DNA from: an uncultured Anaerotruncus sp.
GTDB lineage: Bacteria > Bacillota > Clostridia > Oscillospirales > Acutalibacteraceae
Direction: 5' to 3'
Assembly (NCBI GenBank): GCA_900539775.1
Contig: UQDL01000001.1
Location: 170,569-234,568 of the forward strand
DNA: 64,000 nucleotides
Both the position numbers and the translations under genes were made by a program. Shown piece after piece: positions 9,572 to 19,487 of the stretch. Under the pieces are notes generated by a model that was not told where the DNA came from, did not search any database, and saw nothing but the letters and a program-made list of their open reading frames with translations. Numbering within the stretch: position 1 is the first letter of the stretch; each line of letters starts with the position of its first letter.

Positions 9572-10467
9572 GCAAAAAGATTATTTATATCATAACCGGC
9601 TTCTTCCATCTCACTGATAAACAGCTCCTCAAGGGTGAGCGGAAGAATTTCGCAAAACAGCGGGTTTGAATTATTTATTAGTGCAAGAATTTCGTTTTCA
9701 TTGCCCTTAACGGTCAGCTCTGCCATTTTTCCCACTCTGCGTTCTTTAACCAAATTAAGCTTCGGTTTAAGAGCAGCATATGAATCATCATCCATTGCAA
9801 ACTGCACCCTGAACACACCGATGCTGCCGGAATCTATATCCTTTTCAAGAAGCAAGCCGCCCTTATGCAGCATTCCGATATGATCGCAAAAGCCCTCAAG
9901 CTCTCTTAAATTATGGGTGGAAATAACAATTGTGGCCCCCGTGCAGGAAACATATTCAATAAGAATTTTTTTAACAAGCTCTCGCACAACGGGATCAAGC
10001 CCGTCAAAAATTTCATCAAAAAGCACCAGCTGCGGCTTGTGCGAAAGCGCCAATATAATAGCCGCCTGCCTTTGCATGCCTTTACTCATTGTGGATATTT
10101 TTTGCTCTGCATTAAGCTTAAAAAGCTTTTTGAGCCTTTCATATTCGGCTGAATCCCAAAGCGAAAAGCTGTTTTTGTAATAAAATGCAGAGGAATTAAG
10201 CGTTGCTCCGGGATAGAAATAAGGGAAATCGGAAATGAAAGCGATTTTTTCCTTGGCGGAAACATTTTCAAAAATATCCTCACCGAAAAGGCAGGCAGAG
10301 CCTTCATCTGCTTTAAGCACCCCGGAAAGAATTCGCAAAAGTGTGCTTTTACCGGCTCCGTTTGAACCCACAAGCCCAAAAATAGAACCCGATTCAACAG
10401 AAAAAGAAATTGAATCAAGCGCAGCAAAATTGCCAAAGCGCTTTGTTAGATTTTTAATTTCAATCAT
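9568..10467 (-). CDS. ABC transporter ATP-binding protein
   Basis: GLVGSNGAGKSTLLR (Walker A), LSKGMQRQ (signature variant), LVLFDEIFDGLD (Walker B). Overlaps the GntR gene by 8 nt, suggesting translational coupling. Confidence 0.85.
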   Translation of the reverse strand: MIEIKNLTKRFGNFAALDSISFSVESGSIFGLVGSNGAGKSTLLRILSGVLKADEGSACLFGEDIFENVSAKEKIAFISDFPYFYPGATLNSSAFYYKNSFSLWDSAEYERLKKLFKLNAEQKISTMSKGMQRQAAIILALSHKPQLVLFDEIFDGLDPVVRELVKKILIEYVSCTGATIVISTHNLRELEGFCDHIGMLHKGGLLLEKDIDSGSIGVFRVQFAMDDDSYAALKPKLNLVKERRVGKMAELTVKGNENEILALINNSNPLFCEILPLTLEELFISEMEEAGYDINNLFA

Positions 10468-10831
10468 CGCTTTCCCTCCAAACCTTATTTACAATATCAA
10501 TAACACTTTCTTTTTTCATACCCGCCATCTTGGCATCAGAAACAACCGTTCTGATTTGATCGCCGAATTTTTCGTGCACACTTTCAAGGTTTGTTTTGCT
10601 TACGAATACGCCCTTGCCGGCAACAGTGTAAATAACACCTTGCTGCTCAAGCTCCTTATAAGCTTTTGAAACGGTGTTTGGATTTATGCCGAGCTCCATT
10701 GCAAGAGAACGAACAGAGGGCAAAGGGCTGTTTTCTTCATAAATGCCGAGATTTATATATTTGATTATTGATTTTTCTATTTGCACATAAATAGGCACAC
10801 GCCCCGAAACATCTATCGAAAACAAAGCCAT
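10460..10831 (-). CDS. GntR-family (YtrA-subfamily) transcriptional regulator
   Basis: 123 aa. HTH segment VRSLAMELGINPNTVSKAYKELEQQGVIYTVAGKGVFV. The short C-terminus is typical of YtrA-type regulators of ABC efflux operons. Confidence 0.8.
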   Translation of the reverse strand: MALFSIDVSGRVPIYVQIEKSIIKYINLGIYEENSPLPSVRSLAMELGINPNTVSKAYKELEQQGVIYTVAGKGVFVSKTNLESVHEKFGDQIRTVVSDAKMAGMKKESVIDIVNKVWRESDD

Positions 10832-11001
10832 CCCTCCTTTTTACATAAACCTACACTGCACTATACTAAATAATACAGTTTTCAATTTATATATAACATA
10901 AACTCCGTGCCTTGTCAACAGAAAAATATGCAAAAAACGCAGCGCACAAAAAAGCCGCCGACACGCATGCCGGCGGCTTCGATAATATAATGCATATAAA
11001 A

Positions 11002-12525
11002 TCAGGTGTTTTTCTCTTTTTTATGGCGCTCGATAAGCTCCGAAAGCATTTTTTGATGCTGTTCCTTTGTGATTTCGTATTTAAGGGTGGGCAAAATCGC
11101 AAGCACCATTCCGATTGCGGGCGGAACGGTAATAAGAAACCACATTGCCCACGAATATTCGCCGTAATCCTTTGCAAAACTTGCGCCGTTTGCAAGAGCT
11201 TTATTCATGGCGTCTATATTAACATCCGTGTAACCGACGGCGGCAAAAACATAAGCCGAAATGATGGAAGCAATGCCTGCCGAAAACTTTGTGATAAAGC
11301 TTTGGCCGCTGAAGAAAATACCGTCCGGTCTGTATCCGTTTGTATATTCCTCGTAATCTATGCAATCGGAAATCATAACGGATTGGCAAACATTAACCGC
11401 GCCGATGCCCGCGCCCGAGCAAAGCAAAAGCACGCCGTCTATCGCCACCCAGCCGATTTTGGCAAGTTCCGTGGGAGCAACAAGAAATGTTGCAAACACC
11501 AAAGCGGTGGGCAAGCCTGCAAGGCCGGTTAAATTATACATTGTTTTAATATCAAGTTTTTTCATAAGTGCGGGGCAAATTATCGTGGCGGCAAACTGGC
11601 CGACAAAGAACCCGCCGCCTACTATTATAACAATCACAAGGCGGTGCACATCCGTGAAAGCGGTGGTGAGATCGCCCTCGCAATAATAATATGAAAACAG
11701 GGTCATAACCACCGTCATCATAAGCTGAATGGGCGAGCGAAGCAAACCGCTGATAAGAATTCTTCTGAAGGGCTTGCAGCGCCACATAAGAGCAAAGCTC
11801 TCTTTCATAGTTTTTGTTTCGCCGGAATTCGGCACGCGTTCCCTTGTGCCTATTCCCGCCAATTCAAACAGAAGCGAAGCAACCACCGTCATCGCCATGC
11901 CCACAACGATAAAGCCCTTTTGAGCATTTCGGTCAAGCCCGAAAGCGCCGTTTGCCGCCTGTGAAAGCGCAACTATCGAAACGATAACGGACGCCGCACC
12001 CACGGAGGCAACTATTCTGGCAAGGGAAATCAAATTAGCCCTGTCTTTTTCATTTTCGCTCATTCGGCTGATAATGCCCCAAAGCGGAATATCGCCCACC
12101 GTGTAGCTCATGCCCCACAGCACATAAGCGATTGCCGCCCACGCCACAATTAAAACCATGGCAGCGGAATTTCCGCTTTCTTTTGCGGCGGCATAATTGC
12201 CGTTTAAAAAGGCCACGCATGTGATAAGGCACACCGCGGGCGGAGCAAACAGCAGATAGGGGCGGCACTTGCCCCATTTTGATTTTGTTTTATCAACTAT
12301 TGAGCCCATCATGGGATCGTTTACCGCATCCCACACGCGGGCAAGCGCAAAAATCCAGCCAAGCGCAACGGCGGGCAGGCAAATAACATTTTGAAAATAA
12401 TAATAAAGCCCCGTTGCCACGATATTATATATCATATTTTGGCCGAACATACCGGTTAAAAACATCCCGGCTTCTTTTTTTGTGTAAGTGTTTTCCGCCG
12501 GCAGGGCGGATTTAACCTTAGCCAT
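11002..12525 (-). CDS. MFS glycoside-pentoside-hexuronide (GPH):cation symporter family sugar transporter
   Basis: GPH hallmarks DAVNDPMMGSIVDKTKSKWGKCRPY, 12 TM. The ORF track begins at 12657, but ATG at 12525 (MAKVKSAL...) is the first start after an in-frame hydrophilic leader. Confidence 0.75.
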   Translation of the reverse strand: MAKVKSALPAENTYTKKEAGMFLTGMFGQNMIYNIVATGLYYYFQNVICLPAVALGWIFALARVWDAVNDPMMGSIVDKTKSKWGKCRPYLLFAPPAVCLITCVAFLNGNYAAAKESGNSAAMVLIVAWAAIAYVLWGMSYTVGDIPLWGIISRMSENEKDRANLISLARIVASVGAASVIVSIVALSQAANGAFGLDRNAQKGFIVVGMAMTVVASLLFELAGIGTRERVPNSGETKTMKESFALMWRCKPFRRILISGLLRSPIQLMMTVVMTLFSYYYCEGDLTTAFTDVHRLVIVIIVGGGFFVGQFAATIICPALMKKLDIKTMYNLTGLAGLPTALVFATFLVAPTELAKIGWVAIDGVLLLCSGAGIGAVNVCQSVMISDCIDYEEYTNGYRPDGIFFSGQSFITKFSAGIASIISAYVFAAVGYTDVNIDAMNKALANGASFAKDYGEYSWAMWFLITVPPAIGMVLAILPTLKYEITKEQHQKMLSELIERHKKEKNT

Positions 12526-12810
12526 AAAATACCCCCAATGCACGCCGAGTAGCACGCGCTTACAAATAATTCCGAAATCCGAATTCGGAATTTTTTGCAA
12601 AAAATATAAATTTTTACCCCATAGTATCATTATAGACTTTGGAGGCGGCACTGTCAATCAAATTAAAAGCGGCGGCGTTAACAAAATCGCATTTGCTTTA
12701 CAAAAGCAATCTTTTGTTACACAAGAGGGCTTAAATTCTAAAATTTCACCGCTCGGCGGCAGAAAAAACGTGCAAAAGCGCATGAATAAAAGTTTGCCGA
12801 AAGCAGGCGC

Positions 12811-12837
12811 AAAAAAAGCCCCGCAGGTTTGCGGGGC
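12811..12837 (-). terminator. rho-independent terminator of dagK (gccccgca-ggtt-tgcggggc, T-run on minus strand)
   Basis: 8-bp GC stem with a run of 7 A on the plus strand (7 T in the minus transcript). Confidence 0.7.
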
Positions 12838-12849
12838 AACAAACATTTA

Positions 12850-13803
12850 TTATATTTGGGGAACGCAAATTTTAAGTGCGTGCTTTTCCACCTTGAAATT
12901 AACCTCGGGATAATTAAAATTTTCACCGTCACAATTACCAAGAAGCGGCTCACCGTCTACAGACCAAATTCTGCCCGACACTACATGGCCGTTGTGCAAA
13001 AATTCTGATGTGTTTTCATTGGCTGTGCCTGCGCTGTATTTAGGAACAAGCGGCAAAGCCTGAGCCAAATTAACATTTTCAACAAGGCAAAAATCAAGCA
13101 AGCCGTCATCAATAAGCGAATTCGGAGCAGGGCAAAATCCGCCGCCGTAATAGCTTGCATTGCAAATTGCAAAAAGAGTGTAATCCGCAGGGGTAAGAGA
13201 CCATTTATAAGTATCTCCGTCTTTATCGGCAACATCTATTTCAAAATTTATTTGATAATGCAGGTGCATAAGTGCCGGCAAAACGGCAATATTATAAGCC
13301 TGATGGCCAAGGAATTTTGCCTTGGCGGCGATTTTACGGCCCATGGTTTCTACCATTGTATCAAGACCGAAGCTCATAACATTAACGCATTTTTCGCCGT
13401 TATAATCAATTAAATCAACAGGCTGAACATTATATTTGATTTTGCCGCTGTGAAGCCCGAAAGCCTTAACAACATTAAGCGCATCCAGCTTTTTGCTGCC
13501 GTAAATCTTTTTGGCAAAATCATTTCCCGTGCCGAAAGGCAAAATCATTATGGGGGTTTCCGTGTGAGCAAGTCCGTTTGCTATTTCATGAATAGTGCCG
13601 TCTCCGCCGCACGAAACAATAACGCAATCCTTGCCGTATTTTGCGGCATATTCTGCCGCAATTTCCTTGGCATGGCCTTTATAGCGTGTTTCCTCAATAA
13701 TCATTTCATCATCAAGCATTCTGAAAGCAGATTGAACCTGCCTGAAAAGAAGCTGCTTGCCTTTTTTTCCTGCAATCGGATTTTCGATAAAAACATATTT
13801 CAT
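12850..13803 (-). CDS. dagK: diacylglycerol kinase catalytic-domain lipid kinase (YegS/DagK family)
   Basis: NPIAGKKGK...VIVSCGGDGTIHEIANGL...ILPFGTGNDFA, the DAGK_cat signature. Confidence 0.8.
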   Translation of the reverse strand: MKYVFIENPIAGKKGKQLLFRQVQSAFRMLDDEMIIEETRYKGHAKEIAAEYAAKYGKDCVIVSCGGDGTIHEIANGLAHTETPIMILPFGTGNDFAKKIYGSKKLDALNVVKAFGLHSGKIKYNVQPVDLIDYNGEKCVNVMSFGLDTMVETMGRKIAAKAKFLGHQAYNIAVLPALMHLHYQINFEIDVADKDGDTYKWSLTPADYTLFAICNASYYGGGFCPAPNSLIDDGLLDFCLVENVNLAQALPLVPKYSAGTANENTSEFLHNGHVVSGRIWSVDGEPLLGNCDGENFNYPEVNFKVEKHALKICVPQI

Positions 13804-13840
13804 AATTCTTTCCCCACAATCAAAGAAATTTAAAGCTTTA

Positions 13841-15121
13841 TCAAATTACACGGGTGCCGCCTACGGGGCGAATAATAAGGACATGGCAGTTGCCCTTGCC
13901 GAAAATCTGCTCTGTTTTTTCTTTATATTCGGCAAGAATATCATTGGGAACAAATGCCTGAATTGTGCCTGCAAAGCCGCCGCCGTGAACACGGAATGCG
14001 CCCCTGCCTGCCAAAATATCTTCTGTTACGCAAAGCGCAAGCGAAAGCTTTTGCTCTGTTGGATTTTTAGGGGTGTAAACATTTTGGTTATACATAAATG
14101 AAGATCTGCCGCTTTCCGTGATTGTGGACTTAAACGATTCAAAATCATTATTTTCCAATGCGGAAACCGCATTTTCGACACGGCGATTTTCGTTATAAAA
14201 ATGGAATGCACGAAGCAAAGCACGATCATTCACTTTAGAAGTAAGTTCCGGAACAGCCTTTTTGAAATCTTCAAATTTAATTTCACGAAGCACGGTTTTG
14301 CCCATTGCCTGAGCAACGCTTTCCATTTCGGCTCTTACTGCGGCATAATCATCTGTTAAATCGCTGTGGTTGCCACCCGTGTCAAGAATGCAAAGCGAAT
14401 GGCCGCTTTTTGAAAAATCAAAATCAACTTTTTTAATTACGGGATTTTCTGTTGATTCAAAATCAATAGTTACGAATGTGCCGACGGAGGATGCCATTTG
14501 ATCAAGCAATCCGCAAGGCTTGCCGAAGAAAACATTTTCTGCATACTGCGCTGTTTTTGCGATATCAACTGCGCCTATAGTGCCGTTATTATAGAGATAA
14601 GAAACGGTGGTGCCGAGCAAAACTTCAAATGCTGCCGATGACGAAAGGCCGCTTCCGCCCATAACATCGGATGTTGTTACGGCATCAAAGCCGCCGATTT
14701 GATAGCCCATGCCTGCGATTTTTGCAACAACGCCGCGAACCATGGCTGTTGAGCGGCCGAATTCCTTTTCATTCGGCAAAAGCTCGCTTGTGTCCACAAC
14801 ATTCATTGAATGGCCTTTTGATTTAACACGCACGATGCCGTCTTCATTTTTTGCGCAAACCGCAATTGCATCAAGATTTATTGAGGCGGCAAGCACTTTG
14901 CCGTTGTTATGATCTGTGTGGTTGCCGCAAACTTCTGTTCTGCCGGGAGCCGAGGTGATGATAACATCTCTTTCATCATCAAACACCCTTACAAATTCAT
15001 TAACCAAATCAATATATCTGGTTCTTTGCTGCTCAACCTCTGAATCGGTTACATAAACCGCCTTTAACTGCGAATCCATTTTTCCTTCAGAAATGGCAAG
15101 AATAAGTTCTTGTGGTTTCAT
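13841..15121 (-). CDS. galK: galactokinase (GHMP kinase)
   Basis: SAPGRTEVCGNHTDHNNGKVLAASI matches the galactokinase signature (PGRxNLIGEHTDYNxGxVLPxAI). GHMP ATP-binding PCGLLDQMAS...GGGFAG. AAGGAG RBS. Confidence 0.8.
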   Translation of the reverse strand: MKPQELILAISEGKMDSQLKAVYVTDSEVEQQRTRYIDLVNEFVRVFDDERDVIITSAPGRTEVCGNHTDHNNGKVLAASINLDAIAVCAKNEDGIVRVKSKGHSMNVVDTSELLPNEKEFGRSTAMVRGVVAKIAGMGYQIGGFDAVTTSDVMGGSGLSSSAAFEVLLGTTVSYLYNNGTIGAVDIAKTAQYAENVFFGKPCGLLDQMASSVGTFVTIDFESTENPVIKKVDFDFSKSGHSLCILDTGGNHSDLTDDYAAVRAEMESVAQAMGKTVLREIKFEDFKKAVPELTSKVNDRALLRAFHFYNENRRVENAVSALENNDFESFKSTITESGRSSFMYNQNVYTPKNPTEQKLSLALCVTEDILAGRGAFRVHGGGFAGTIQAFVPNDILAEYKEKTEQIFGKGNCHVLIIRPVGGTRVI

Positions 15122-15204
15122 AATAATTTTTACTCCTTAATATTTAATAAACGGCCGATTCGGCTGTGCAAATCAAATTGAAAATTAACTGCACAAAGCT
15201 GAAA

Positions 15205-15984
15205 TCAAAGCACGATTTTATACTTTTGTTTTTGAGAATAAATCAAAAGAGTTTGATTCATTTGGCGGGATTTAATGCCATAAAAAATATTGAAAATAAG
15301 GCTTGAAATTCCCGTGAACGCCACAATTAAAATTGCAAGCGCTATAAACATTTTTGAAAAAGGATTATATATTTCGGCGCCGATTTTCGTGTAAACAAAA
15401 ATGCGGGGAAAAAAGCCCAAAAGGCTAAGCATTATATAATAGATAAAATCATAATGCATAGAGCCGTAAAGCTTTGACACCATGCCCAAAGGCACAGTGG
15501 GCACAAGGCGGGAAACGGCAAGAATATAGGGATTGCCGCTGCCCTTAAAGAGCACCCAGTTTTTTATAAAGCGAGCCTGATGAATATTCAAAATCATCAT
15601 GGCCCAACCGCCGCCGATGAATTTGCCCTCTTGATATTTTATAGCAAAAAACATCAGGCTGCATAAAAGATTTATAATCAATGCGGTGGAAAGCGGAAAC
15701 ACCATGCCGGCTATAATGGAAAGAACGCTTACCGGCAAAGGAAGCTGCGTTTTTGCAAGCCAAAGAGCAAAAATGCACGCCAAAATTTCCATGTGCGTGT
15801 TTAGCCCCGCAACCGCTTTTTCAATTTTTTTAAGAAAATTTATTATTGCATCAAATCGCATTTCAAGGCTTGCCTGATGCACCATTGCAATAATAAGCGC
15901 CACAATGCAGGCAACCGTTACAAGCACGATTATCAGAGATATTAAATTTGTTTGGCGGCGCTTACTTTTACGCACACACATCAC
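15205..15984 (-). CDS. membrane protein, possibly TVP38/TMEM64 or DedA-like (uncertain)
   Basis: 259 aa, 5-6 TM, basic N-terminus. Weak resemblance only. Confidence 0.35.
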   Translation of the reverse strand: MMCVRKSKRRQTNLISLIIVLVTVACIVALIIAMVHQASLEMRFDAIINFLKKIEKAVAGLNTHMEILACIFALWLAKTQLPLPVSVLSIIAGMVFPLSTALIINLLCSLMFFAIKYQEGKFIGGGWAMMILNIHQARFIKNWVLFKGSGNPYILAVSRLVPTVPLGMVSKLYGSMHYDFIYYIMLSLLGFFPRIFVYTKIGAEIYNPFSKMFIALAILIVAFTGISSLIFNIFYGIKSRQMNQTLLIYSQKQKYKIVL

Positions 15985-15998
15985 TCCGATTCAAAAAA

Positions 15999-17126
15999 TC
16001 AATACTCGTGATAGTTTCCGAGAAATGTAAAATCGGGCAGTTCGGAGGAAAGCGCACAAATTAAATCAAGCGTTTTTTCATCCTTAATATTGCCCATAAT
16101 ATCAATGTAAAAATAATAGCTGAAATCGCCGTTTCCGATTGGGCGTGATTCAATTTTTGTTAAATTGAGCCCTGCCATTGAAAACCTGCCAAGCACACGA
16201 TAAAGTGAGCCCGTGGTGTGCGGCAATGAAAAAATCAAAGAAATTTTATCTGCATTATTTTCAATTATCAGCTTTTTTGAGATAACGATAAATCTTGTTT
16301 TATTGTTGCTTACATTTTGCACAGAGGCTTTAAGCACTTTAAGGCCGTATTTTTTTGCGGCCTCTTCAGAGCAAAGCACACCTATATCATTTCTGGGGCT
16401 TTCTGCAACAAACTTTGCCGCTGCTGCGGTGTTTGTGTAGTTAATCCCCGTAAAATCAAAGTTTTTAAGAAAATCAGAACACTGCGAAAGCGCCTGCGGA
16501 TGGCTGTAAACATCATTTATATTTTGATATTCAACCCCTTGCTTTGCGCAAAGGCAATGATTAACCTCAAGCGAATAGGAGCCTACAACATAAAATCTGT
16601 ATTTCAAAATCAAATCATAAGCCTCATGAACGGAGCCTGCTGTTGAGTTTTCAACCGGAATAACGCCAAACGGAGCCTCGCCCTTATTAACCGCCTCAAA
16701 CACATCTTCAAACAACCTGTAATGCTTAATTTGAGGATTTTTAAAAAGCGAAAGTGCGGTTTTATCCGCATAGCTGCCGTTTTCGCCGGCACACGCCACA
16801 ATTGTGTTTGGGGCAAGGAAGCTTTCACATTCCGATGCTTCAATAAGTTCTCTCAGCTCTTTGCCGCCGCCGATGATTTTGTGCTGCAATGCACGGGAAG
16901 CATCCATGGTGGCTGCAAAAACAGTTGCAACCGTGTCGCCCTGCTCGCCGCATTTTTTCTGCACATCATCAAGAATTTCACGCTCACGCTGCTCATTCAA
17001 AACAGGCAGCCCTCTTTTAACCTTGTATTCGGCCACCTTTTTTGAAATTTCCATTCTTTGCAAAAGCAGCGGAATAAGCTGCTCATCAATTTCATCAATC
17101 TGTTTTCTTAAATCAAGTAAATCCAT
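15999..17126 (-). CDS. pheA: bifunctional chorismate mutase / prephenate dehydratase
   Basis: N-terminal CM_2 helix (LDLRKQIDEIDEQLIPLLLQRMEISKKVAEYK), central PDT domain, C-terminal ACT domain with the ESRP motif (TKIESRPIGNGDFSYYFYID). Confidence 0.85.
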   Translation of the reverse strand: MDLLDLRKQIDEIDEQLIPLLLQRMEISKKVAEYKVKRGLPVLNEQREREILDDVQKKCGEQGDTVATVFAATMDASRALQHKIIGGGKELRELIEASECESFLAPNTIVACAGENGSYADKTALSLFKNPQIKHYRLFEDVFEAVNKGEAPFGVIPVENSTAGSVHEAYDLILKYRFYVVGSYSLEVNHCLCAKQGVEYQNINDVYSHPQALSQCSDFLKNFDFTGINYTNTAAAAKFVAESPRNDIGVLCSEEAAKKYGLKVLKASVQNVSNNKTRFIVISKKLIIENNADKISLIFSLPHTTGSLYRVLGRFSMAGLNLTKIESRPIGNGDFSYYFYIDIMGNIKDEKTLDLICALSSELPDFTFLGNYHEY

Positions 17127-17134
17127 TAAAGCAA

Positions 17135-18226
17135 TTATCCTTTTATACCATCCTGCATAATCAAATCCAAAACCACAAGCGCCGCAGTTGCTTCTGCCAC
17201 CGGAACGGCACGCGGCACAATGCAGGGATCATGCCTGCCTTTAATTACAAGCTTTTCATTTTGCATTGTTGCCAAATCAACACTGTCCTGCTCCTTAGAA
17301 ATGGAGGGTGTGGGTTTAACGGCAATTGAAAACACAAGCGGTGCGCCGCTGCTCATGCCGCCGAGCACTCCGCCGTTGTTGTTTGACTTAAAAGCAACGC
17401 TGCCGTTTTTGATTTCATAAGGATCATTTGCCTCACTGCCGAGCATTTCGGCAAAGCCGAAACCTGCTCCGAACTGAACTCCCTTAACGGCGGGAATTGC
17501 AAAAAGCGCTGCCGAGAGCTTGCTTTCAACGGTTGAAAAAATATTGGACCCCAAGCCAACGGGAATCCCCGTTACGGCACATTCTATAACACCGCCGGCG
17601 GAATCGCCCGAAAGGCGAGCAGTTTCAATAAAATCACGCATTTCCTGCTCTGCTTCTTTTCTGAGAACGGGGAAAAAGTCATAAGTTAGGCCCTCAAGCG
17701 TTTTAGGGGAGATATTAACACGGTCAATGGCATCATCATGAACATTGCCGATTTGCAAAATATGAGAGCCGATGCAAATTTCATGTTTTCTTAAAATTTG
17801 CTTTGCGATTGCACCAGCAAAAACTATCGGCGCCGTGAGCCTGCCGCTGAAATGCCCGCCGCCTCTGACATCATTGAAGCCGCCGTATTTCACAAAAGCG
17901 GGATAATCGCTGTGGCCCGGACGTGGCACAAGATGCACATTTTCATAATCGCCGCTGCGTGTATTTGTATTTTCAATTATCATTGCAAGCGGAGCACCCG
18001 TGGTGGTGCCGTTTAAAACGCCGCTTAAAATACGAGGCAAATCCGCCTCTTTGCGTGAAGTTGAGGTTTTATCTTTACCCGGAGCTCTGCGAGCCATTTC
18101 ACGCTCTATTTCCTGCATATCAAGCTTAATTCCGGCAGGGAGCCCGTCAACAACGCAGCCGATTGCCGAACCGTGGCTTTCGCCAAACACGGAAAGCTTG
18201 ATTTTTTCACCTGTTATCGAAGACAA
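17135..18226 (-). CDS. aroC: chorismate synthase
   Basis: FGESHGSAIGCVVDGLPAG, GRHDPCIVPRAVPV. The ORF extends to 18259, but GGAGGA then 7 nt then TTG (18226) is the likely start. That gives a 20-nt overlap with the aroA stop. Confidence 0.85.
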   Translation of the reverse strand: MSSITGEKIKLSVFGESHGSAIGCVVDGLPAGIKLDMQEIEREMARRAPGKDKTSTSRKEADLPRILSGVLNGTTTGAPLAMIIENTNTRSGDYENVHLVPRPGHSDYPAFVKYGGFNDVRGGGHFSGRLTAPIVFAGAIAKQILRKHEICIGSHILQIGNVHDDAIDRVNISPKTLEGLTYDFFPVLRKEAEQEMRDFIETARLSGDSAGGVIECAVTGIPVGLGSNIFSTVESKLSAALFAIPAVKGVQFGAGFGFAEMLGSEANDPYEIKNGSVAFKSNNNGGVLGGMSSGAPLVFSIAVKPTPSISKEQDSVDLATMQNEKLVIKGRHDPCIVPRAVPVAEATAALVVLDLIMQDGIKG

Positions 18227-19418
18227 ATGCTTTTCCTCCCACGCTGTTGTAATCATCAAAAAATGACGGGTATGACTTATTTATGCTTTCGGCATCGGAA
18301 ATTGCCGTGTCTGCCGCCGCAAACATTGCAGCAACCGAAAAAGCCATAACAATTCGGTGATCATTGTACCCCATAAGGCTTGCGCCGTGCACATTGCCCG
18401 AGGGAGTAATTATCATACCGTCTGCCGTTTCCAGAGCGTCAACGCCCATAAGCCGCAAATTGGAAACAACCGCCGCCAATCTGTTTGACTCCTTAAACCG
18501 AAGTCTTTCTGCTCCGTGAATAACGGTTTTGCCCTGCGCAAATGCAGCGGTAACTGCAATTGCAGGCACCATATCCGGAATATCGGAGCAATCTATATCA
18601 ATGCCGCAAAGACGATTTTTTTTGCAGCGAACGCTGTTTTCGCCGACGAAAACATCGGCGCCGAACTGCCGCATAACATCAACAACGGCCTTATCGCCCT
18701 GAGCCGAGGAATAATCAAGCCCCTGCAAGGTTACATCACCGCCGATTGCCGCTGCGCTCATAAAAAATGCCGCCTGGCTCCAATCGCCCTCAACCGTTAA
18801 ATTCTTTTTTTCATATTTCTGATTACCCGGCACAAAATAGCCGCAATCCGTTTTACGCACCTCTATGCCGTAAAGTGCAAGCACACGCAAGGTCATATCA
18901 ACATATGATTGCGATTGCAGCTCTGTGGTTATTCGGATTTCCGAATCCCCGTTAAGCACGGGCAACGCAAGCAACAGCCCTGTGATATACTGAGAGCTGA
19001 TATCGCCCCTAATTTCATAAATGCCGCTTTGAAGCCTTCCGCTTATTTCAAGAGGCAATCCGCCGCCGCTTTTAACCGAAACACCGTGCAACGGCAAAAG
19101 GCGAATATATTCGCCGAGCGGCCTTTGGGGCAGCAAACCGCTGCCGACAAAACGAACGCTTTTTCCGAGTGCAGCCGCAACCGGAACCGCAAAGCGAAGC
19201 GTGGAGCCGCTTTCAATGCAATCAAGAACTTGAGCGCCGCCCTTCAGCGCATTAAGCACGCCGACGGTGGCTTTCATATCCTTTGAATCTATAATCGGCG
19301 ACACATTGCCGCCGCCTGCCAAAAATGAGCAAAACAGCGCTCTGTGAGCCGCAGATTTACTTGGCGGCACAACTACCGTGCCGTTTGGCTTTGAATTTTT
19401 TAACAACACGGTTTTCAT
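18207..19418 (-). CDS. aroA: 3-phosphoshikimate 1-carboxyvinyltransferase (EPSP synthase)
   Basis: VPPSKSAAHRALFCSFLAGG, LLALPVLNGDSEI, DHRIVMAFSVAA motifs. Confidence 0.9.
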   Translation of the reverse strand: MKTVLLKNSKPNGTVVVPPSKSAAHRALFCSFLAGGGNVSPIIDSKDMKATVGVLNALKGGAQVLDCIESGSTLRFAVPVAAALGKSVRFVGSGLLPQRPLGEYIRLLPLHGVSVKSGGGLPLEISGRLQSGIYEIRGDISSQYITGLLLALPVLNGDSEIRITTELQSQSYVDMTLRVLALYGIEVRKTDCGYFVPGNQKYEKKNLTVEGDWSQAAFFMSAAAIGGDVTLQGLDYSSAQGDKAVVDVMRQFGADVFVGENSVRCKKNRLCGIDIDCSDIPDMVPAIAVTAAFAQGKTVIHGAERLRFKESNRLAAVVSNLRLMGVDALETADGMIITPSGNVHGASLMGYNDHRIVMAFSVAAMFAAADTAISDAESINKSYPSFFDDYNSVGGKAFVFDNR

Positions 19419-19487
19419 AACATCCGCCCCAACAAAACAAATTTAATCTTAAACACCGGCACAATAAAAGCCCGATTCACACAAAAA

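Noticed and set aside
10912-11532. 206-aa plus-strand ORF
   Set aside because: It lies entirely antisense within the GPH transporter gene, with no RBS and a low-complexity His/Lys/Cys translation. It is a shadow ORF.
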